Positions 44,999-54,169 of a stretch of 64,000 nucleotides of DNA are shown in pieces; the stretch's first letter is position 1; each line of letters opens with the position of its first letter. The DNA comes from Candidatus Micrarchaeota archaeon (lineage in GTDB: Archaea; Micrarchaeota; Micrarchaeia; Anstonellales; Bilamarchaeaceae). The position numbers and the translations under genes are program-made. A model generated the notes under the pieces. It made no database searches. It worked only from the letters and a program-made list of their open reading frames with translations, and was not told the DNA's origin. The stretch covers positions 24,273 to 88,272 of the forward strand of contig JBDRPL010000019.1 in NCBI GenBank assembly GCA_043827025.1, written 5' to 3'.

Positions 44999-46546
44999 GT
45001 GTTTTATATGAAAAAAGGATTTTTCTTTGTCATAACTATTTTCCTGGTACTCGCGTATGTCCTCACTTCAGTTTCCATATGGGTAAAAACCACCAATGAA
45101 TTGGAGAGGCAATACTCCGAGAAGCTCAGGGCCTCAAATGTTGATTATATCTTAGTAGGAGTGAGCGAAGAATACATGGCTCAGCTTGTAGACCAGATGG
45201 CATTCTATTCTCTTTTTAAGTTGGATTTGTATGTTGGTGAAGGCAATCCTGTTAATGCAGGCCCAGATGATAACGAAAACATTTATATTGAAAAAGTAAT
45301 GCTGAATCTCATGGTCAATGGAAGCGCAGAGGGATCTTACTTTGCGAATGGCAATGGCCTTGAGATGGATACAAAGAATTTTTCGCTTTACACGTTCATA
45401 GACAGCATGAATGAATCGTTGAAGACCCTTGGAGTGGAGATTACCACCTATCGCGTAAGCAATGATTTCCCGATAGTACAAAAGGACTTCAAGTCCCTTG
45501 AATACACCCTTTCATTCGATCTTGTTTTCACAGACCTTTCAAATTCCCTTCAGATAAAGAAAAACTATGTTATAACTCGTCCTGTTTCGTTTGAAGGTTT
45601 TGCAGATCCCCTTATACTCAACGAAGGAAGAAAACTTGACAATCCAATGACAATAGAGAAATTTCATTACTATAATCTGGATTACAACAGCATGGATGAT
45701 TTAAAGCCAACTGAAATAGCGATTGACAGACTTTCAACCCAAGGCCAAAGCTGGTTCTATGGGCCAGTTGTTTTTGCAGATCGTGCAAACACCATCCCTG
45801 CAGACAAGAGAAGGATGTATCTGCTTGCAGGAACTTACGATGAAATCATGTCTATGGATGATGCAGAATACAGGGAATTCGGCGCATATGTATTGACAAA
45901 TGAACCAGAAGAGATTGATATTGGATGCGGAGAGCTCAAACAACAGATGGATACATTTAATCCTCTTACAAGAAAAGAAGATGGGGCTGCGTGTGAGCCT
46001 CAGATAAGCGGCGAAGTGTTGGATGCTTCATTTGCAGTGATACCTGACTTTTCGCTTGCAGATCTGAATGGCGAAAACTTTCAATGCCTTGACAATGAGT
46101 TGTGCGTGCTTTTTGCTAACAAATACAATGCGGATGATATCAAAGCAGACCCATTGAAGAAACTTGAAGCAAATACTGTGGTTTATGGAATTGAAAAACT
46201 CAGGGATTTCGCGCTTTGCGGATATTTTATCCACAATTCCGATTCGCCATCTTATTTACAAAGGCTTCTTGTAGATGGCTATTCAAAAAAGAGCGCGGAC
46301 TTCGGAGTGGAGACGTTCCTGTTCGGAAAATCCGTATATGCTTCTGATCCGTCAGCTGATGTTTATGGAAAGATTGACAAGGAATTCATGAACCTTGAAA
46401 ACGGAAGAACGATAAAAGGTATGCCAGGGTGCAAGACTCCTGGGCTATGCGAGGGAAATGATATCGGAAGGTTTTCAATAACGCAGGCGGATCTGCCTGA
46501 CTATGGCATTATGGACCAGATGACCTGTGAAGGGGGATGCAGATGA
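44999..46546 (+). CDS. large (515 aa) pilin-like protein with a class III signal peptide
   Basis: N-terminal MKKGFFFVITIFLVLAYVL followed by a large non-repetitive extracellular domain. Contiguous with four other pilin-like genes. Confidence 0.45.
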   Translation: MFYMKKGFFFVITIFLVLAYVLTSVSIWVKTTNELERQYSEKLRASNVDYILVGVSEEYMAQLVDQMAFYSLFKLDLYVGEGNPVNAGPDDNENIYIEKVMLNLMVNGSAEGSYFANGNGLEMDTKNFSLYTFIDSMNESLKTLGVEITTYRVSNDFPIVQKDFKSLEYTLSFDLVFTDLSNSLQIKKNYVITRPVSFEGFADPLILNEGRKLDNPMTIEKFHYYNLDYNSMDDLKPTEIAIDRLSTQGQSWFYGPVVFADRANTIPADKRRMYLLAGTYDEIMSMDDAEYREFGAYVLTNEPEEIDIGCGELKQQMDTFNPLTRKEDGAACEPQISGEVLDASFAVIPDFSLADLNGENFQCLDNELCVLFANKYNADDIKADPLKKLEANTVVYGIEKLRDFALCGYFIHNSDSPSYLQRLLVDGYSKKSADFGVETFLFGKSVYASDPSADVYGKIDKEFMNLENGRTIKGMPGCKTPGLCEGNDIGRFSITQADLPDYGIMDQMTCEGGCR

Positions 46547-46986
46547 AATCCATGAAGGGACAAATCTCTCTAGAAGTGCTTATTACACTTGGAGTTATAC
46601 TGGCATTTTCGCTTCCAGTTTTATTTCTCATGCTCACTGTTTCCAATTACAGTTTTGAAAGTTCTGCGCTTCAGCAGGCTGATGCAACTGCAGGTATGCT
46701 TGCTGATTCGATAGAAGACGTGTATGCTCAGGGCCCTGGTGCAAAAAGGATGGTCCCTTTGAATGTGCCTTCAAATACAGAGCTTATCAGCGTCTCTGAT
46801 GACAATGTCATGGTTCGCCTTAAAGTGACTAATGGTTTTTATGATGCAGTGGTGTCCATATCTGCAAGGGCAAAAATAGCTGATGGTGTTACGCTTCCTA
46901 AAGGTCCTTTCGTTGCCATACTTGAAGTCAAGGAGACGGATGATCCAGTTACTGGTGAAAAATACTATGAGGTGGAAGTCAAATGA
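46537..46986 (+). CDS. type IV pilin-like protein (class III signal peptide)
   Basis: MKSMKGQISLEVLITLGVILAFSLPVLFL, a canonical KGQ-ISLE archaeal prepilin motif. 149 aa. Confidence 0.6.
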   Translation: MQMKSMKGQISLEVLITLGVILAFSLPVLFLMLTVSNYSFESSALQQADATAGMLADSIEDVYAQGPGAKRMVPLNVPSNTELISVSDDNVMVRLKVTNGFYDAVVSISARAKIADGVTLPKGPFVAILEVKETDDPVTGEKYYEVEVK

Positions 46987-47474
46987 AAAATTCACGCGGT
47001 CAAGTCGCCATCGAATTCTTTGTCTATTCCGCAATGTTCTTGTTTGTAGTTGTTGCAGCTTATTTCCTGGTTAATTACATGCAGGAAAGCGAGATTCCAC
47101 CTAAGGAAAATTCTCTTGTGGAAGAGGTCGGGCAATCTTTCGCTGACGCAGCTACACTTTCCGTGTATGGAGGAAAAGGTTTCACATATACATTCAGTTT
47201 CTCCAAATCTGTTCTTGGCAATAAATATTATATTTCAATGTATGGTGACAAACTTGGGATAGATTCGAAGATGGGGAGTTCGGAATTCGGTTCAATTTAC
47301 ACTCTTCCAAAATATAATTATATCTATGAAGGTGATTGCTGGGATGACAGAGAAGGGGTAGACAAGGATAATAATCCAGTTGTAGCTAAGATTCTTGATG
47401 TTTCAAAATGCAAGAATTATCTTACATTTTCCAATGACGGAGATGTACTTACCATAACTTCAGAATTAGGTTGA
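46983..47474 (+). CDS. type IV pilin-like protein (class III signal peptide)
   Basis: MKNSRGQVAIEFFVYSAMFLFVVVAAYFLV. 163 aa. ATGA overlap with the upstream gene. Confidence 0.6.
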   Translation: MKNSRGQVAIEFFVYSAMFLFVVVAAYFLVNYMQESEIPPKENSLVEEVGQSFADAATLSVYGGKGFTYTFSFSKSVLGNKYYISMYGDKLGIDSKMGSSEFGSIYTLPKYNYIYEGDCWDDREGVDKDNNPVVAKILDVSKCKNYLTFSNDGDVLTITSELG

Positions 47475-48028
47475 TTCTTATGACAATGAAAGGACAATAT
47501 TTCAGTTTCGATGCGATTGTTGCTTCAGTGATATTCATTTTGGCAATTGTCTCGCTCTTATCCTATTGGGATAGCATAAGGTCCAACCTCGATTTCCAGA
47601 ACAGCGACGTTTCAAGGGAAGCTTTTAGGGTTTCAGAAGCTCTTCTCAAAGAAAAGATTTCTGTAACTAATGTTGCCAATTGCGATGGAATAAAAGCACC
47701 AGGGGCAAGGCTTGGTTTTGCAGGTTATGATGGGCGCATAAACTGGACAATTGTCCAATGTGCGAATGATTATATTACTGATGATGAGCCTGCACTGAAG
47801 TCTTTGCTGAGCACAGGCTATGGCGTCACAATAATCTTTCACAAAGGGGATGTAGATGACACCAAACTGGCAGAGATAGGCACGCCTATGACAGATGCAT
47901 TCAGGGCATCACTTAGGGAAGTTTACAAGGTCAGGAGAATCGTTCCTGTTGTTGACGCAGAAGGCCCTAGAGAAACAGACGAACGCACCTACAGCGTAAA
48001 TTATATGGATCTGTATCTTTACCGTTAA
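47471..48028 (+). CDS. type IV pilin-like protein (class III signal peptide)
   Basis: MTMKGQYFSFDAIVASVIFILAIVSLL. 185 aa. Confidence 0.55.
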   Translation: MILMTMKGQYFSFDAIVASVIFILAIVSLLSYWDSIRSNLDFQNSDVSREAFRVSEALLKEKISVTNVANCDGIKAPGARLGFAGYDGRINWTIVQCANDYITDDEPALKSLLSTGYGVTIIFHKGDVDDTKLAEIGTPMTDAFRASLREVYKVRRIVPVVDAEGPRETDERTYSVNYMDLYLYR

Positions 48029-48114
48029 GCAGTAATCTCACACTTCTTAGGCTTTACGAAATTCTTCATTTAATGTAAACCTAGAGGATTATAAAAAGAA
48101 AATAAAAGAAAAAC

Positions 48115-49563
48115 CTAATTCGTCTTGGTCATTATGTTCAGGTTCTGTGGCTTCTTGTTCACATTGCCTATCTTTATTCCGATCAACGTAGTAACGCCCT
48201 TGTTTGCAGCAAGGTCAACAAGCCTCTGCGTTATGATGCCATCGAAAACAATTGCATGCACGCTGCTGATTTCCTCAAGCGATTTTATGACATCCCTTAC
48301 AGGCACTTCTTTTATTGTTTCAAGGTTTTGGTTGTAGAACCTTGCCCTGAGAGTATTGTTGAGTTCGTCAAGCTCTGCAACAAGCTCAGTCACGTTGCTG
48401 AATTTCTTTGCAGGCTTTGCCACCTCTACGTTCTCAGGCTCCACGACGATTTTCCTCTGGACACTCTCCCTTGAGATAATGGGCATTATTATCTTCTTTT
48501 CCACAGTCGTCCTTTGCTGGATGCTTGCCTGAGGAACTATAATAGGTTTTCTCGTGTCCCTTTCAGGCCTTCTTTCCGGCTGTCTTTCAAACTGCCTTTC
48601 TTGTGGTCTTTCATATTTTTCAACAGGCCTTTCCCTTCTCTCAAATTTTTCAGCAGGTTTTTCGCCTTGGTATTCTCTTTCGAATTCAACCCTTTCATTC
48701 TGGCGTTCATTCTGCTGGCTGTTCTGCCTGCTTCGGGAATCTTGTCCTTGTTCACAAGATACCTTGCTTCTTAGGCATTTTATGAGCTCCTTTCTTGTGA
48801 GTTCCTCGACTTCCTTGCCAGTTGGAGCTCTTGCGATATATTCAATATCTACACCACCACTGAGCAATTCGTTCAGGATTATATCTCCGCCCCTGTCTCC
48901 GTCAAGGAAAACTGTGATTTCCTTTTCCTTTGAAAGTTTGATAATTGATTTTGGAACCCTTGCACCCTGTATTGCAACCACGTTTGGCACATCGTTTTTC
49001 AGGAGGTTTATCACGTCTGCCCTTCCTTCTACAATGATTATGTCCTTATATCTCTGAAGGTTAGGTCCGGCAGGCAGATTATCTGGCCCGTATTGGGTGA
49101 TTTCAGCTGTCTTTACCTCGTCTCTTACGATGTCTGAGATTTCCCTTGATTCAGGTATTTCCGTATTGAGCAAGGTCTTCAATATGTCCTTTGCCCTTTC
49201 CACAAGTACCTTTCTCTTTACATTTCTGGTATCTTCAACCCTTGTGACTGCAATCTTTGCTTCGCATGGCCCTACTCTATCCACTGTTTCCAATGAGGCT
49301 GCGATTATACAGGTCTCAACCATGTCAAGGCTGCTTGGTATTTTTATGATTCCAATAGTCTTGCCGTTTCTTGGGTTAAGGTCAACCTCTATCCTTCCTA
49401 TCCTTCCGTTCTTCTGAAGGTCTCTGAGGTCCAATTCATCCCCGAGTAGACCCTCTGTCTGTCCGAATATAGCACCTACTACATCTGGCTTTTCAACCAA
49501 GCCAGTGATCTCGACATCTGAATATACTACGTATTTTACTGTATCTATGTATGTTTTTGCCAT
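48115..49563 (-). CDS. dnaG: archaeal DnaG-like Toprim protein with an internal Glu/Arg-rich low-complexity insert
   Basis: N-terminal MAKTYIDTVKYVVYSDVEITGLVEKPDVVGAIFGQTEGLLG (archaeal DnaG signature), Toprim motifs (IIIVEGRADVINL, FLDGDRGGD). An ER-rich stretch (~70 aa of ERxxER-type repeats) sits mid-protein. Confidence 0.75.
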   Translation of the reverse strand: MAKTYIDTVKYVVYSDVEITGLVEKPDVVGAIFGQTEGLLGDELDLRDLQKNGRIGRIEVDLNPRNGKTIGIIKIPSSLDMVETCIIAASLETVDRVGPCEAKIAVTRVEDTRNVKRKVLVERAKDILKTLLNTEIPESREISDIVRDEVKTAEITQYGPDNLPAGPNLQRYKDIIIVEGRADVINLLKNDVPNVVAIQGARVPKSIIKLSKEKEITVFLDGDRGGDIILNELLSGGVDIEYIARAPTGKEVEELTRKELIKCLRSKVSCEQGQDSRSRQNSQQNERQNERVEFEREYQGEKPAEKFERRERPVEKYERPQERQFERQPERRPERDTRKPIIVPQASIQQRTTVEKKIIMPIISRESVQRKIVVEPENVEVAKPAKKFSNVTELVAELDELNNTLRARFYNQNLETIKEVPVRDVIKSLEEISSVHAIVFDGIITQRLVDLAANKGVTTLIGIKIGNVNKKPQNLNIMTKTN

Positions 49564-49621
49564 AAAATTTACCTCCTAAATTTTAATATTGACCGAAGGT
49601 TCGGTCAATGCCATATACTAC

Positions 49622-50026
49622 CTAATTTTTCATATTTTCTTCCATAAACTTTTTGTACTTTCTGTACATTTCCTCGAAATACTTGAGTCTTAGGATATGG
49701 GCCAGTCTTGACCTTGTTTCAGTATCTGGCTTAACTCCATATCCCTCCAATGTCTCGGATGCCCTTTTGAGCATTTCGAATCCTCTTCTATCCATATCGG
49801 TAAGTATAACAACTTCCGCTTCTTGTTTTGCCCTCTCACAGCTAATCCTCAGGTTTCCAGAGATGGTCAGCACTCTGCTGTTGTCACAGCCCATCCTTAC
49901 AAGGGCCTCCTTGTCTCTTTTACCTTCAACGAATATCATCTTGCTTTTCAGCCTCTCTATTATCCTATCCAGTTCCTTGGCTAATAATGCCTTGAACTTT
50001 GGATTTGACGGATTGTTCATTTCCAT
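49622..50026 (-). CDS. small stand-alone Toprim-domain protein
   Basis: IFVEGKRDKEAL and ILTDMDRRG (Toprim E and DxD motifs). 134 aa. Overlaps the upstream DUF167-like ORF unless it starts at an internal Met. Confidence 0.5.
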   Translation of the reverse strand: MEMNNPSNPKFKALLAKELDRIIERLKSKMIFVEGKRDKEALVRMGCDNSRVLTISGNLRISCERAKQEAEVVILTDMDRRGFEMLKRASETLEGYGVKPDTETRSRLAHILRLKYFEEMYRKYKKFMEENMKN

Positions 50027-50228
50027 TTACCTCTAGGATCTTGTTCCTGCCTTTCAGGCCTCTTAGAATCCTGACTTCCATCCCTAACATTTTCGAAAGA
50101 TTCAGGATTATCTCACGGTTGACAAGGCCTTTCTCTGCCTCGTTCTTGCACCTTATCTGCAAGACATTTTCCTTCAGGCTCAGTGAAAACTTTCCTGAAT
50201 TCGGAAAAACCCTTGCATTGATTTTCAT
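49965..50228 (-). CDS. DUF167/YggU-family small protein
   Basis: 87 aa with the pattern ...NSGKFSLSLKENVLQIRCKNEAEKGLVNREIILNLSKMLG...ILRGLKGRNKILEV, resembling YggU/UPF0235. Confidence 0.45.
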   Translation of the reverse strand: MKINARVFPNSGKFSLSLKENVLQIRCKNEAEKGLVNREIILNLSKMLGMEVRILRGLKGRNKILEVNGNEQSVKSKVQGIISQGTG

Positions 50229-50335
50229 CCCTTTCTCTCCTAGGACCGCTCAAAACTAGATATCGAATTCTGTGCATTGTTGACCCACACCTCATCGCTT
50301 AAAGCTAGGTTGGCCATCCATGCACAGCTTCATGA

Positions 50336-50767
50336 TTAATGAAGCGCTGCTTTTTCTTCTATCAAATCAATGACTGAAGGAAATATTCTCATAATATCTC
50401 CTTCGCTTAGTATGCCTATGAGTTCGTTTTTTTCATTTACAACAGGCAAACGCTTTACCCTGTTCTCTTTCATAGCTGTTGCCGCTTCCTCGAGCGTGGT
50501 ATTTGGTTTCACCACCCTAAGGGGCTTTGACATTATGTCCTTGGCTTTCAATGAATATACCTCTTTCTTGTTTGCAATCACTTTGTATATTATGTCTCTT
50601 TCGGTGATTATTCCCTTTGCGGTTTTGTTAGGGTTTCCCTCAACAACTATGATAGAGCCAACATTATGCTTCTTCATTAATTTTGCAACTGATTCGATAC
50701 CGTCTTCAGTAGACAATGTAACTACTACTTTCGTCATTACGTCCCCTACCTTTAAGTCGGATCCCAT
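50336..50767 (-). CDS. CBS-domain pair protein
   Basis: Two CBS motifs (GSIIVVEGN...GIITERDI; RLPVVNEKNELIGILSEGDI). 143 aa. Confidence 0.65.
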   Translation of the reverse strand: MGSDLKVGDVMTKVVVTLSTEDGIESVAKLMKKHNVGSIIVVEGNPNKTAKGIITERDIIYKVIANKKEVYSLKAKDIMSKPLRVVKPNTTLEEAATAMKENRVKRLPVVNEKNELIGILSEGDIMRIFPSVIDLIEEKAALH

Positions 50768-50826
50768 GATTATTGTTAGTGAGGAAAAGTTTATAAAGCT
50801 CAGCTAATCGCTGATGCTTTAATTTT

Positions 50827-51117
50827 TTAATCAAATCTGCTGACTCTTATTTTTACTGGAGGTTTTGATATTTCTTCATGATAGCCAAGTGCCATTTCAA
50901 TTGCATTTGCAAAAGGGGCCAATGCTCTGTCAAGAACATTTGGGGGCCTCACAAAGTTCGGCATTCTCTCGATTTTTTTCAAAAGCCTGTCCAAAATAGG
51001 AGTCGCTTCCTTTCCTCCATTTCTTATTCTTATTCTGCGGACAGTTACTCTTGTTCTTGCTAATTGAGCTCTATTGTCAAGTTGAACACCTAATCTGCCA
51101 AATATTGTTTGTTTCAA
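50827..51117 (-). CDS. hypothetical small basic protein (96 aa), TTG start with an SD
   Basis: TTG start preceded by AAGGTGA at -7 and a BRE/TATA module ~38 nt upstream. No recognised family. Confidence 0.4.
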   Translation of the reverse strand: MKQTIFGRLGVQLDNRAQLARTRVTVRRIRIRNGGKEATPILDRLLKKIERMPNFVRPPNVLDRALAPFANAIEMALGYHEEISKPPVKIRVSRFD

Positions 51118-51149
51118 TCAAATCACCTTGTGTTTTATTATTGTTGAGT

Positions 51150-51200
51150 TACTTTTTAAACCTTCCCTTTTAACCTCTTTTTACAACACTTTCGTTCGAA
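51150..51200 (-). promoter_or_regulatory. BRE/TATA promoter module (minus sense GTTGTAAAAAGAGGTTAAAAGGGAAGG-TTTAAAAAG), copy A
   Basis: The ~40-nt sequence is shared with 55866-55905. The TATA TTTAAAAA sits ~38 nt upstream of the TTG start of the 96-aa gene. Confidence 0.5.
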
Positions 51201-51230
51201 AGCACGTATTTTGTCCAATCCATGTAATCA

Positions 51231-51360
51231 GGTGTTTCACAAAATGGGTTTTATGAAAGGGATTGTTTCACAAAAAAGAGGGTTTCCAAGGTTTTATAAG
51301 GCAAACCTGCTCCAAGTTCATGCTTAATATGTAATGCACAAATTTATATACTTTTGTGCA
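51231..51360 (+). promoter_or_regulatory. operator-like repeat array upstream of the COG1373 ATPase gene: two TTTCACAAAA direct repeats and an inverted repeat TGCACAAA/TTTGTGCA flanking the TATA box TTTATATA
   Basis: Seen directly: TTTCACAAAA at 51235 and 51266; TGCACAAA (51335-51342) - TTTATATA (51344-51351) - TTTGTGCA (51353-51360). The gene starts ~20-30 nt downstream. Confidence 0.45.
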
Positions 51361-51372
51361 GTATAATGTAAT

Positions 51373-52632
51373 GTGATATTCATGATAAGGGATATACTAT
51401 TGATACAAAAACGTGAATTGGAAAAAAGGTTGGCTGAAACCTATGTTAAACGAGATGCAATTATGAAGAATGTGGCCAGCGGCTTGATTACGGTAATCAT
51501 TGGCCCTAGAAGGGCAGGAAAATCCTTCTTTTGCATTCATGTATTAAATAGCTTGGGCAAGTTTGGGTATGCAAATTTTGACGATGAAAAATTAGTCGAA
51601 ACTGAAAATTATGATGAGATACTCGATTCCATACTCTCTCTTTACAACAATCCAGAATATATCCTGCTTGATGAGGTCCAGAATCTTGATAAATGGGAAC
51701 TGTTCGTCAACAGGCTTCAAAGGCAAGGGCAGAAGCTCATCATTACTGGAAGCAACTCCCATCTACTAAGCAAAGAACTTGCAACACATCTTACTGGAAG
51801 GCACCAATTGGTCAGTATTTTTCCTTTTTCGTTTAAAGAGTTCCTGATGTTCGAAAACAAGGAATTGACCGAAAACGAAACCCGGGAAAAACTCAGGAAT
51901 TATCTTCTTTATGGCGGGTATCCCGAACCATTGATAAAGAAACTGGATTACAAGGATTATCTTTCAACTCTGTTTACTTCAATAGTGTACAAAGACATTG
52001 TAAAAAGATTTAAACTTAGGTCGCCTCAGGCAATTGAAGACCTTTCAGTTTATCTTATTTCGAATGTGTCAAAGGAATTCTCTTATAACTCCCTGAGCAA
52101 GGTTAGTGGGTGCAAAAGCGTTCACACTGTTGAAAAATACCTTTCTTATCTTGAAGAGGCGTTTATCTTTTTTAGGTTGGACAGATTTTCATTTAAAGTG
52201 AAAGAGCAACTAGCTTCAAACAAAAAGATATACTGTACGGATACTGGGTTTATTCATGCCAAGGCCTTTAGAGTCAGCGAGGACATGGGAAAATTATATG
52301 AAAATGCAGTTGCAATAGAGCTTAAAAAACGCGAAATCTCCGAGAATGTTAAAATATATTACTGGAAAAACGCTCAGCAGGAAGAGGTTGACTTCATTGT
52401 TAGGGAAGGTCTGCGAGTAATCCGGCTTATTCAGGTTTGCTATGACTTGGCTGAAACACGGACAAAGGAAAGGGAAACAAGGGCACTGCTAAAAGCAAGT
52501 CAGGAACTTAAATGCACGAATCTTTTTGTTATAACTGAAAAGTATGAGGCTGAAAAGGAAATCGAATGGTTTGGCATAAAAGGTAAAATAAGATATGTTC
52601 CGCTCTGGAAATTTTTGCTTAATCCGTTTTAA
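51373..52632 (+). CDS. AAA+ superfamily ATPase of the COG1373 type (AAA domain + DUF4143-like C-terminus)
   Basis: Walker A IIGPRRAGKSF, a Walker B-like ILLDEVQ, and a C-terminal domain typical of archaeal COG1373 proteins. The start is either GTG 51373 or ATG 51382. Confidence 0.7.
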   Translation: MIFMIRDILLIQKRELEKRLAETYVKRDAIMKNVASGLITVIIGPRRAGKSFFCIHVLNSLGKFGYANFDDEKLVETENYDEILDSILSLYNNPEYILLDEVQNLDKWELFVNRLQRQGQKLIITGSNSHLLSKELATHLTGRHQLVSIFPFSFKEFLMFENKELTENETREKLRNYLLYGGYPEPLIKKLDYKDYLSTLFTSIVYKDIVKRFKLRSPQAIEDLSVYLISNVSKEFSYNSLSKVSGCKSVHTVEKYLSYLEEAFIFFRLDRFSFKVKEQLASNKKIYCTDTGFIHAKAFRVSEDMGKLYENAVAIELKKREISENVKIYYWKNAQQEEVDFIVREGLRVIRLIQVCYDLAETRTKERETRALLKASQELKCTNLFVITEKYEAEKEIEWFGIKGKIRYVPLWKFLLNPF

Positions 52633-52866
52633 TTGCAGATGCCTTTGCTTTGTCCGGAAGAACTTCCCAGCCTTTCGGATCCACTGTTCTCGGGCCTTCG
52701 ATCCTTATCAGATAGTTCTGGAGGATCGCCACCCTTAGCATTGTAAGAGTCTGTTTCTGTTCTGGAGATAGCCTTTTTCCATTCATTCGTAAGCATGTCA
52801 TCTAAATAACCTTTCAATAACAGTGTATGCTTAATCTTTTATTCCCTATGTTCCAATACCTTTTCC

Positions 52867-54147
52867 ATGTATCGTAATCATTATATTTCAGATGTCAAAC
52901 CTGGCAAGGGCATCAAAGTCGCAGGCTGGGTTCACGAGATAAGGGATAAGGGCAAGCTCAAATTTGTCATTCTAAGGGATAAGACTGGCCTTTTGCAGAT
53001 TGTCTTAAAGACAGGTGTCGTTCCAGACAAATTAATGGCATTGCAATTCAACAAGGAAGACGTTGTATGTTTCGAAGGTGAAGTAAAGGAAAGCAAGATT
53101 GCTCCTGGCGGAATGGAGATGGTGCCAACTGATGGCGAAATACTAAACAAAGTGCAGCTTCAGCTTCCTGTTGACCCAACCGATTTAGTCCCTTCTGAAT
53201 TCGATACTAAATTAGATTATCGATATATCGACCTAAGGCGTGCCCAAACTACTGCAATCTTCAACATCAAGTCAACTGTTGCAAATGCCTTCAGAAGTTA
53301 CTTGTATTCAAAAGGCTTCACTGAAATCCAAACCTCTGCAATCACAGGGGCAGCAACAGAAGGTGGTGCAGATGTCTTTCAGCTTAAATATTTCGAGACA
53401 AATGCATACTTGGTTCAATCACCGCAATTATACAAACAGCTTGCAGTAATTGGTGGATTCGATAAAGTTTTCATGACAGTGCCAGTCTTCAGGGCAGAAA
53501 AACATAATACTACAACTCATCTTAATGAAGTTTTCCAGATGGATGTTGAAATTGGTTTTGCTGACCATAATGAAGCAATGGACGTATTGGAAGCTGTAGT
53601 ATTGTCAATGCTTTCAGAAGTTCAAGAGAAGAACGGAAAGGACCTCAAAACATTGGGCGTCGAAGTAAAGATTCCGAAAAAGGTTCCAAGATATTCGTAT
53701 GCTGAATTGATTGAGAAGCTCCAGAAAGCAGGCGACCCAATTAAATGGGGCCATGATTTCTCAAAGGAGAATGAGAAGCAGATGTATGAAATTTTAGGTG
53801 AAGACCTATTCTTCATTTATGACTGGCCAACTGAGATTCGCGCATTCTATTCAATGCCTACAACGGACCCAAAGATATGCCATGCATTTGACCTGATGTA
53901 TAAAGGTTTGGAAATATCTTCAGGTGCAATGAGAATACACAAGCCTGAAATTTTAGAAGATCAGATTAGAAAAAGAGGCCTTAAGGTCGAGGATTTTAAG
54001 TTCTATCTTGATGCCTTCAAACTTGGAGCTCCGCCCCATGCAGGCTGGTCTATAGGGTTGGAAAGATTCACAATGAAGCTCTGTAACTTAGAAAATATAA
54101 GGCAGGCAACATTGTTCCCAAGGGACAGAACGAGATTGCATCCGTAA
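52867..54147 (+). CDS. aspS: aspartyl-tRNA synthetase (archaeal type)
   Basis: N-terminal OB fold and class II motifs: FRAEKHNTTTHLNEVFQMDVE (AspRS-like motif 2) and GAPPHAGWSIGLERF...FPRD (motif 3). 426 aa. Confidence 0.75.
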   Translation: MYRNHYISDVKPGKGIKVAGWVHEIRDKGKLKFVILRDKTGLLQIVLKTGVVPDKLMALQFNKEDVVCFEGEVKESKIAPGGMEMVPTDGEILNKVQLQLPVDPTDLVPSEFDTKLDYRYIDLRRAQTTAIFNIKSTVANAFRSYLYSKGFTEIQTSAITGAATEGGADVFQLKYFETNAYLVQSPQLYKQLAVIGGFDKVFMTVPVFRAEKHNTTTHLNEVFQMDVEIGFADHNEAMDVLEAVVLSMLSEVQEKNGKDLKTLGVEVKIPKKVPRYSYAELIEKLQKAGDPIKWGHDFSKENEKQMYEILGEDLFFIYDWPTEIRAFYSMPTTDPKICHAFDLMYKGLEISSGAMRIHKPEILEDQIRKRGLKVEDFKFYLDAFKLGAPPHAGWSIGLERFTMKLCNLENIRQATLFPRDRTRLHP

Positions 54148-54169
54148 CAACTGGTAGAATGGTGTAGAT

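Noticed and set aside
48520-48720. Imperfect short DNA repeats (CCTTTC-like) considered as a tandem-repeat or CRISPR-like element
   Set aside because: They lie inside the DnaG reading frame and simply encode the ER-rich low-complexity insert. There are no regular repeat-spacer units.
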